In this document: positions 59,105-64,000 of the stretch, piece after piece | Layout of the letters: each line of letters begins with the position of its first letter | Numbering within the stretch: the stretch's first letter is position 1 | Source: Octopus bimaculoides | Lineage: Eukaryota | Direction: 5' to 3' | Length of the DNA stretch: 64,000 bases | Assembly (NCBI RefSeq): GCF_001194135.2 | Contig: NC_068990.1 | Coordinates: 17,776,002-17,840,001 of the forward strand | Notes under the pieces: model-generated | What the model was told of the DNA's origin: nothing | What the model saw: the letters and a program-made list of their open reading frames with translations, nothing else | The model's database searches: none | Translations under genes and position numbers: made by a program

Positions 59105-61441
59105 CTGCTAAGCATTTCGCCTGGCATGCTAACGTTTATGCCTGCTCGTCACCAATACCAAGTATATTAAAGTTTATAATACTGTGCCTTACCTTTTTGT
59201 GTTAGATCACTGTTAAGTTATCTCCACAAACATTCTATAGAGTTTAGAGCTGTGGTCTCATCACTAATGACATTTGTAAACCACTGTGTAGAACACCTGG
59301 TGCAGAGTTAAATATAAATATTCAATAAGTTCCTTTGTAATTCCTGGCAAGATTGAAACCTGCACCTATGTATTAGGTCTTCACTTAAACACCCATCAAC
59401 CCAGAAGTTATATCCTGTGAGTAACAAGATATTTCATCATTAGTAATTGATCTAATTCTGTGATAGATTTTAATATCCCATTGTACTCTTTTTGTTTGTA
59501 TTATTATTATTAATGCATATAAAAATTGCGAGCTGGCAGAATTGTTAGCACGCTGGGGAAAATGCTTAGTAGGACTTTGTCCATCTGTACATTTCAAATA
59601 AGTATCAGTTGAACATTGATGTCAATATAATTGACTAGCCCCTTCCTTCATTTCAGGCCTTGTGCCTATAGCAGAAAGGATTATTATTGTTGTACAGAAA
59701 AGTGTTGAGCTGGGAGAATCGTTACTGTGCTGGACAAAATGCATAGTGGCATTTTGTCTGGCTTCATGCTCTAAGTTCAAATTCTTCCAAGATAAACTAT
59801 GCCTTTCATCCTTTCAGGGTTGATAAAATAAGTTCCATTGAACACTGGGGGTTGATGTAATCAACTTCATCCCCCCACCTAAAATTGCTGGCCTTGTACC
59901 AAAATTTGAAACCATTATTATTGTTGTTGTTATATAACTATTTTCGTTGCAGTACCATGTAAGGAAAGACATATAATTAACAACCAGCTTCAATGTTGCC
60001 CAGGACATGCAGTGAGGTGTTCTTACTAATAGTGTTCACTTTTATAATTTTTTTTTTTTTGTATCTCAAGTGATAATTAAATAAAAGTTAATAAATGGTA
60101 AAAAAAAAAATTTAAGATGCTGTTTAGTTCCTGCCATTATTTGAAACCTCCACCTATAAATCAAAACGCTACTTACAAACATGTCTTTATTTGCCAGGCC
60201 ACTGAACAATGTGGGAATGAAAAAAGAGATATTAAAGTCTAATTTTCATCATTATTGATGATTGAGCTGAAGCTATGATAAATTTAGATATCTTGTGATT
60301 TACAGCATTTACTGAGGGATGGAGGTTGCCCTATTAATAAAATTGTAGATTAGACAGCATTGGACATCATGGCCAGAATTCAGTACTGTCCTGGGACTAA
60401 GTAGAAATTTTTCTTTTTCCACATTTGAGAAAAATACCATGTAATTCCTGGCAGAAACTGAAATCTCTACCATGTATTAAAGTACTACTTGCCAACACCT
60501 TTACCTACCAGGCCACCAAAGCAGTTCCAAGAAATGAGTTGGAAATGAGATATTTAAATCTATTTTTATTGATTATTGATCTGATGCTGTGATAAATTTA
60601 AGTGTCTTGTTTTTTTTTGTTTACAGCATTTATTGGGAGAAGAACCTGGTAAACTTGTGGGTAAAGGTGTGTACATAAGACATGCTGGACATACCTTGCC
60701 AAGGTTCAACACTCCCTGGGATGTAACAAAGAATTTTTCTTCATCCTTGGAGAAATATTATAATAAAAAAAAACCTTCATAGAATTCCCCACTAGTAATT
60801 CCTAGCAGAGAGTGAAATCACCTTTACATTATGTTACTACTTACCAACACCTTTAACCATTACCCATCAAAGTAACAACAATAACCAAGTTAAGCAGGAG
60901 ATATTTAAACACCTTTTTTGTTATTGGTCATTGAAAGCAAACTTCTTGTTTGCACACACCTACATACATAGTTACTTTATCTCCCTGTTCACTTCAGATT
61001 AGTCTTAGTCTACCTGAAGATCTATTATCATTAGACACTCCAGCTGTGACCCATTTCTTGTTACCTCACATGCTAATTACTTTGTGCAATCTTTATAAAG
61101 GTTTTATTTACTTTGACTATTCACTTCCCACCATCTTTAGTTAAAAAGAACGTTTAAAATTAAGTGGAAATTGGAACCCAACCTAAATATAAGTCAATTA
61201 CATACTAACATCATTGCCAACCACCAGGCCATCAAGACAACAATGTAAAGAGGATATTTCAATATTCGATTCATAAAGTTGAAAACCTACACTACAGGAG
61301 GATGACCCAGAACTTAGCTGTGTGTTGTGCTAACATCTCAGATGTTTCTAGATTTCTATCCAAGGTGAGGTTCTAGTGTTTTCTGTTCTTTCATGGCAGC
61401 TTCTACATTCACAACATTGTTCATTTAACAATCTGAGTGTG

Positions 61442-61473
<32 letters not shown>

Positions 61474-61481
61474 CTGTATAT

Positions 61482-61849
61482 GTGGAGGCGCAATGGCCCA
61501 GTGGTTAGGGCAGCGGACTCGCAGTCATAGGATCGCGGTTTCGATTCCCAGACCGGGCGTTGTGAGTGTTTATTGAGCGAAAACACCTGAGGCTCCGGCA
61601 GGGGATGGTGGCGAACCCTGCTGTACTCTTCCACCACTTTCTCTCACTCTCACTCTTACTTCCTGTTGTGCCTGTAATTCAAAGGGTCAGCCTTGTCACA
61701 CTGTGTCACGCTGAATATCCCCGAGAACTACGTTAAGGGTACACGTGTCTGTGGAGTGCTCAGCTACTTGCACGTTAATTTCACGAGCAGGCTGTTCCAT
61801 TGATGATTCAACTGGAACCCTCGACGTCGTAAGCGACGGAGTGCCAACA
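61482..61849 (+). mobile_element. Young full-length tRNA-derived SINE with 13-bp TSD
   Basis: A-box TGGCCCAGTGG, B-box GGTTTCGATTCC, CpG retained, ends in CCAACAA. TSD ATATACTGTATAT at 61469-61481 and 61850-61862. Confidence 0.88.
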
Positions 61850-63018
61850 ATATACTGTATATATACACAAGCATTTTGTCTGACACACTAACAACTCTGT
61901 CAGTGTACAAGGCCTGAAATTTGGGGGAGGGGACTAATCAATTACCTCAATCCCAGTGTTTTGCTGGTACTTATTTTATTGACCTTGAAAGGATGAAAGA
62001 CAAAGTCAACCTCAGTGGAATTTGAACTCAGAACATAGATTGATGACATACCCCCAAGCATTTCAGCCTGTGTGCTAACAATTCTGCCAGCTCATCACCT
62101 GCCTAGTAATAATAATGATTCATTTCATAATGAAAATATAATATATTTTACTTGTTTCAGAATTTGGACTGTGGCCATGCTGGGGCACCAGCTGGAAGAG
62201 TTTAATGGAATAAATTAACTAGTATTTATTTTTACGCCTGGTCCTTATTCTATCAGTCTCGTTTTGCCTAACTGCTAGTCGACAAGGATGTAAACAAGCC
62301 AAAAACCAGTTAAGTGGTGATGGGGTCAAACACAAAGGTACACACAAGCTTCTTTCAATTTCCAACTACCAAATTTACTCATAAGACTTCGGTTAGCCCA
62401 GGGCTATAGTGTTGCCAAAAGTAATTCTATATATTATAATATACATCATAATATTAAGTCATACATTATAATAGACTTGGAAACAGTTTGTATGTGCAGT
62501 TAGTTGAAGATTCTACATACTGGATGCCAGAAAGGGGACAACAGGAAGGATATGCACCATTTTGAGGCCTTCGGCTCTTGTAATACAACATAATATAATG
62601 GTTTCAAATTTTGGCACAGGGCCAGCAGTTTTTGTGGGGAGGGGATAAATTGATTACATTGACCCAGTACTTGACTAGTACTTATTTTATTGCTCCTGAA
62701 AGGATGAAAAGCAAAGTCAACCACAACAGAATTTGAGAGAGAGAGAGAGTGAGTTCAATACGTAATATATGTGTGTCTGTGTGTCTACAGGACGTCACCA
62801 AGTGTAAACAACATGAAATACGGAAACAAATGAGTTAAATACGCAAACAACGAGAGAAAAAATGGAAAACAGGACAAGTAACATAATGAACGACCCTTCA
62901 TCACTGCCGGCTGTCTATCTACTCTTCATTCTGAGCATTGAACGACAATACGAGTATTCGAAGACAGTTGCTCCCATAAATAACAAAATAAAATTTTAGA
63001 TTTATGGAGGATCAAAGG

Positions 63019-63313
63019 TGGGAACAAAAACAGGACAGTGGAGACATACAAGGAAACCGAACGAAAACAAACACGGAGGGTCGTTAGACCAGAACGAAAG
63101 TAAAATAGCGAACGCTGGAGAAATATTTTCTTTGAAAAGAGAAAAGATAGACGTCCAATCCTTAGGACTTCCTCGAGGAAAAGAAAGATGGTCAAGTGTT
63201 TGTTTAGTTGGGAATAAAAACAGGATAGTGGAGACATACAAGGAAACCGAACGAAAACAAACACGGAGGGTCGTAAGACCAGAACGAAAGTAAAATAGCG
63301 AGCGCTGGAGAAA
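63019..63313 (+). repeat. 105-bp direct duplication (63019-63123, 63209-63313), period 190, inside a CpG-retaining unclassified repeat
   Basis: The two copies differ at 4 positions by eye. Confidence 0.9.
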
Positions 63314-64000
63314 AATAAAAAAATGTTAGTAAGTAAAAGTGTTTTAAAAAAGATTGTTAAATTTTCAGATTATCACCCGCACGATTTTCACTACAGTGTT
63401 AGAATTGGGGTTTTAGGGTTAGGTAGGTAATCGTGCGGGTGTTAATCTCAAGATTTACGAAAAGATTTTCCAAAAAACTCAGTTTGTAGGGAATAAATGT
63501 TTGTCGATCGTATTTGAAAAAGATTTGTGACTATTTTTTTTCTGTTGCTATCATGGTGAAGGACGAGTTAGAAATAACTTACAATTCCCGCCAATTAGAA
63601 TGAGGTATATATGTATGTAGTATTAAAATGAAATCATTAAAGTGAAATTGTCATTACACTATCGAAATGTGATTGTTTCAGTTTTGATACTGAAATAGTT
63701 TTCTTTTACTGTCAGTGTTTCTCCTTCCTTTCTTTTTGTATTTGTTGTTGGATTGTTCGTAAAGGTTCATAAGAGAAAGTAGGAGTTGAAAGGATTTGTA
63801 TTAGAAAGAGGAAATTAAATTTTATTAGGGAGAAAATGTTTACTTCTGTAGTTTTATGTATTTTATTCATTATTAGGAATTTTTTGGAGTGAAAAAATGA
63901 CGCAGTGACCTAACAAATTGTATTTAGAATATTAGTTGCGATTGTTTAATCGAAGAAATTTGGAATTGTGTAAATGTATGAATTTTAAACATACACACAC

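Noticed and set aside
61482-61560. tRNA gene (also 37049-37121 and 12747-12820)
   Set aside because: A and B boxes are present, but the acceptor or T stems do not close properly and there is no poly-T terminator. The 37049 and 61482 heads also continue into TSD-flanked SINE bodies.
63405-63428. True or interstitial telomere array
   Set aside because: Only one exact TTAGGG plus variants, so it is not an array. Reported instead as part of the hairpin finding.

Overview
AT-rich, repeat-dense animal genomic DNA. The SINE/RTE repeat families look like those of an octopus or other cephalopod; this is recognition from memory, not a database result. One protein-coding gene occupies the + strand: golgin-97 (GOLGA1). 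I assembled it by hand from 21 GT-AG coding exons between 15209 and 56896 (2595 nt, 864 aa; 844 aa if the uncertain 60-nt exon 4 is skipped). It carries the N-terminal MFARLKKRI vesicle-capture motif, a long coiled coil and a C-terminal GRIP domain ending ...EYKMSWFG.... Introns and flanks hold tRNA-derived SINEs, RTE-clade LINE fragments, two decayed mariner transposases, a probable Penelope-like fragment, TTAA-type MITE-like repeats, microsatellites and four assembly gaps. The most interesting observations are: (1) a TIR-bounded, TATA-flanked element encoding an intact THAP zinc finger, inserted into an old SINE; (2) a TSD-flanked tRNA-headed SINE carrying a decayed hammerhead-ribozyme-like core; (3) five coiled-coil exons of exactly 96 nt, with eight consecutive phase-0 symmetric exons; (4) a stop codon in the UAG-CAR-YYA readthrough context; (5) several fold-back structures. 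No prokaryotic features, CRISPR arrays, rRNA or convincing true tRNA genes are present. Nearly all ORFs in the supplied track are spurious, repeat-derived or intron run-ons of real exons.
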